NCBI GenBank assembly: GCA_965215265.1 | Contig: OZ244048.1 | Coordinates: 384,001-448,000, forward strand | Source: Candidatus Poribacteria bacterium | GTDB lineage: Bacteria; Poribacteria; WGA-4E; WGA-3G | Direction of reading: 5' to 3' | DNA: 64,000 bases | Part shown: piece after piece, positions 61,298-64,000 of the stretch | Numbering within the stretch: the stretch's first letter is position 1 | How the letters are laid out: each line of letters begins with the position of its first letter | The notes under the pieces: model-generated | What the model was told of the DNA's origin: nothing | Seen by the model: only the letters and a program-made list of their open reading frames with translations | The model's database searches: none | Position numbers and translations under genes: made by a program

Positions 61298-62440
61298 TTA
61301 CTGAATCAGAACAGAAACCTGAATCTGCTCCCACTTCCGCTTAGCCCGGTGCGTTGCCACTCGCCTTTTAAACACATCGGCCACCGTCATTCCGGCTGAT
61401 TCAATTATCCCCTCTAGATTCTCAATCGCCTTTCGACCGGAAGCATCTGCGTACCCTAATAAAATTATCCCATCAGGTTTTAGAAAGCGCCGAACCTCTT
61501 TAAAAAAACGTTTCAACGTCTGCTGCTTCTCATCGTGGATCGCCAATTCCCCTCTATTGCGCGCACGTACCACAACCCACGGCGCATTGAACAAAATTAA
61601 ATCAAATTGGCGCGTACCGAACGGGACAAAAAGATCGCCTGCAGGCATAATACGGATATTTCCTGAATCCGGAAGATGCTCCTCAACGTTCAACTTTGTC
61701 GTCGCAACCGCCTCCGGAAGTAAATCCGACGCATAAATAATCGCCGTTTCCGGCGATTCCTGATGTGCTAACAGGGTCAACACCCCGCTACCACAGCCAA
61801 CGTCAACCACTTCAATCTCACTCCGTTTTAAAACATTCGCAAAAACATCTTGCAGCGCCTCCTGAAAGCACGCAACCGTCTCTTGTGACCGAGGCGCAAG
61901 CACATGTTCTGAAGCAACAAGCGACACACCCAGCACACCAACCGGATAAGTCACCTCCAGCGCACGCCGAACTCTCTCAACACACGCAAGCGGAACAAGA
62001 AACGGACACCCTTCATTCGCACCGGACGGCTCCCCAATTAATTCCAAGAGATACGGCAAATCCAACGGCGGATCCACTTGTAAAACCCCATCTGCATCTG
62101 CCCAGCACATCAGCCGCGTCAAGTCTACGTCTAGCAGATTCCCTGCCGATTTCCGACGCTTAGGTGCCACCTCTCCATACCGCGAACCCTTATGTGAAAC
62201 TGTTCTGTTCGACCGACTCTTCTGATGCCGTTCAATGTAGTCCATTAACACTAAAATCTGTTCCCACCGACCCTCCACAACCGCAACGCCACCTTTACTA
62301 AGATGCGTAGAAATGCGACCGAGGTGTATCAAATCGCGAGCCGCGAAGTACTTCACACGAGGACGCGCAAAGACTGACTCCCGACATTCTCTCGGAACGT
62401 AAAGTTCCCCTAGCTTGCTGACGTTATAAAAATGATTCAT
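61298..62440 (-). CDS. Class I SAM methyltransferase (HemK/MTS-like)
   Basis: VDVGCGSGVL, GDLF, FDLILFNAPW. Confidence 0.8.
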   Translation of the reverse strand: MNHFYNVSKLGELYVPRECRESVFARPRVKYFAARDLIHLGRISTHLSKGGVAVVEGRWEQILVLMDYIERHQKSRSNRTVSHKGSRYGEVAPKRRKSAGNLLDVDLTRLMCWADADGVLQVDPPLDLPYLLELIGEPSGANEGCPFLVPLACVERVRRALEVTYPVGVLGVSLVASEHVLAPRSQETVACFQEALQDVFANVLKRSEIEVVDVGCGSGVLTLLAHQESPETAIIYASDLLPEAVATTKLNVEEHLPDSGNIRIMPAGDLFVPFGTRQFDLILFNAPWVVVRARNRGELAIHDEKQQTLKRFFKEVRRFLKPDGIILLGYADASGRKAIENLEGIIESAGMTVADVFKRRVATHRAKRKWEQIQVSVLIQ

Positions 62441-62504
62441 GCGTAAATCTAGTTACAAACTGGGCTTAGTCATAGCACTGCACGAATGCCTAAACAGTTG
62501 CCAC

Positions 62505-63554
62505 CTAACGAATCCCTACAATCTCACCTATTCTAACAGATTCTGCCTCTTTATAACAGAGCAGCAGCGCATTTCTCGCACCAAATCCAGACAGAGCCGT
62601 CGGCTCTTCACCACTCTGAATCGCATCTACCGCGTACTGCAGTTCACTCCTGAAGGCATCAATCGGGTCTGGCTCTCCCAAATCCACCTGCTCCACTTCG
62701 CCTGTTTCATGCAAAAGCGTTAAAGGCACTGCAGCCACCGGCTCGCCCCCCAACGTCGCGAAGTCATACAACAGCGTCGCTTTTTCAAGATAGAGCTCGA
62801 AACCGTGCGAGAACGCCCTGCCTCTTTGCGAAACCGCCCCAGATGAGCAGCTCACCGCAACCCCCTTATCCTTATAGATATATTGTGTCGTCACATAATC
62901 AACGAAGTTGTCACCGATCCGTTTGCCTTGTGAGAAAACCGCGTCAGGCACACCGCACAGCAGCTGGATGAAGTGCGTATCGTGAATGTGCAAATCGATA
63001 CCCGGCCCACCGCTCTTCTCAACATCCGCGAAATCCCTAGACCAGCTCGGTTTAGAGATGATGCGCTTGAAATGCGCACCCAGCATATTACCGTACTCCC
63101 CGCCATCAACCAAGCTCCTCGCATACGCATATTCCGAAAAGAAGGGCAATACATGCGCAACCATAAAATATTTACCCGTCTCCTCCGCCAACCCAACTAT
63201 CTCATTAGCATCCTCAATTTCAATGCAGATCGGCTTTTCAACAAGCGTATGTTTACCCGCACGAAGTGATGCCATGCTAACCGACTTATGTAGATGTGTC
63301 GGCAGACAGATATCAACCAGGTCTATCTCTTCATCCGCGAGCATCGCGTCAATGTCCCGGTACGTCCTAACATTCGACAAATCTTCAATCCCACCACGCG
63401 GACCAAAGTTACCCTGAATCCCCGTCCAATCCCCTTCTAATTTCTGAGCATCCCGCGTGCAGATTGCCACCACTTCGGCCCCAATCACGCGCTGAATACC
63501 GTAGTAGTGCATCATACCCATGAAACCTATGCCCACAATCCCAATTTTAACCAC
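62505..63554 (-). CDS. Gfo/Idh/MocA oxidoreductase
   Basis: KIGIVGIGFMG, ICLPTHLH, VEKP, DLHIHD; GTG start at 63554 after GGGAG. Confidence 0.9.
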   Translation of the reverse strand: MVKIGIVGIGFMGMMHYYGIQRVIGAEVVAICTRDAQKLEGDWTGIQGNFGPRGGIEDLSNVRTYRDIDAMLADEEIDLVDICLPTHLHKSVSMASLRAGKHTLVEKPICIEIEDANEIVGLAEETGKYFMVAHVLPFFSEYAYARSLVDGGEYGNMLGAHFKRIISKPSWSRDFADVEKSGGPGIDLHIHDTHFIQLLCGVPDAVFSQGKRIGDNFVDYVTTQYIYKDKGVAVSCSSGAVSQRGRAFSHGFELYLEKATLLYDFATLGGEPVAAVPLTLLHETGEVEQVDLGEPDPIDAFRSELQYAVDAIQSGEEPTALSGFGARNALLLCYKEAESVRIGEIVGIR

Positions 63555-63642
63555 TTTGCTCCCTACCTTTATAGAAAACGGCACAGCAGCCGCCTCTCTC
63601 AAGATGAACCACTGTACCGTTAATTTTTGTGCAAATCTGCCG

Positions 63643-64000
63643 CTAATGGATAACGCTTCTTCGCTTAAGAGTGCCCCATGTCGTTGCCGCCTTACCCTTT
63701 GCCGAGACGGCCAGGAACCCCTCTTCCATAATCGCTTGGACTTCATCCTCACTCAGCGCACGCCGCCAAATCGCAGCCTCATCTATCGAACCATTCTCAA
63801 ATGTATAATTCGGACGGTCCTTGGAACAGCCTATCCGCAGATCCTGGTCATTTGTACCCTGAAAGTCAAATTTATTATCCTCTTCAACCGCCAGCGCACC
63901 ATCAACATAGACTTTCATAGTCGAACCGTCATAAGTACCAACAACGTGATGCCAGGTCTTCTCTTCCAGCGGATGAGGTTTGTTCAACGTAGGACGACCA
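63643..64000 (-). CDS. LamG-domain protein, C-terminal part (5' end outside the window)
   Basis: WHHVVGTYDG, GSIDEAAIWRRALS; tail AVSAKGKAATTWGTLK. Confidence 0.85.
   Translation of the reverse strand, partial: GRPTLNKPHPLEEKTWHHVVGTYDGSTMKVYVDGALAVEEDNKFDFQGTNDQDLRIGCSKDRPNYTFENGSIDEAAIWRRALSEDEVQAIMEEGFLAVSAKGKAATTWGTLKRRSVIH

Noticed and set aside
62505-63752. 66-aa N-terminal extension of the Gfo/Idh/MocA ORF
   Set aside because: It overlaps the LamG gene; a GTG with an RBS at 63554 matches the family start.
1-64000. tRNA/rRNA genes, transposases, integrases, reverse transcriptases
   Set aside because: None recognised by eye; a tRNAscan/Rfam run would be needed to exclude small RNAs.

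Overview
A 64-kb bacterial chromosomal segment, probably from Candidatus Poribacteria. This is inferred from LamG proteins ending in the (A/P)V-x-x-K-x-K-x-A-x-TWG-x-LK tail, five PhyH/2OG-Fe(II) dioxygenase genes and HEAT/TPR proteins. The flanks (about 1-27 kb and 54-64 kb) hold metabolic, envelope and regulatory genes: SDR, PhyH, TolC-MFP-ABC, mptG-like RFAP synthase, nfuA, sigma factors, a UxaA fusion and msrA. The centre (about 27.6-53.9 kb) is rich in defence genes. It has a Dam-like MTase with a short putative REase, an N4/N6 MTase-REase pair, and a Type IIG-like RM gene broken only by a C9 tract (phase-variation candidate). Most notable is a seven-gene minus-strand operon in which an Ssp-type phosphorothioation module (DUF4007, ATPase, PAPS-reductase family) runs directly into a PbeABCD-like effector (PLD-helicase, small protein, SMC-like ATPase, small protein), with a predicted sulfur-binding HNH nuclease upstream. 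A promoter-preceded array of ~128-bp nested-palindrome repeats follows the Type IIG gene. Also present are pseudogenes missed or split by the ORF track (yqeY, DUF433, two PhyH) and several apparent pseudo-enzymes. All family assignments come from motif recognition by eye; no database search was run.
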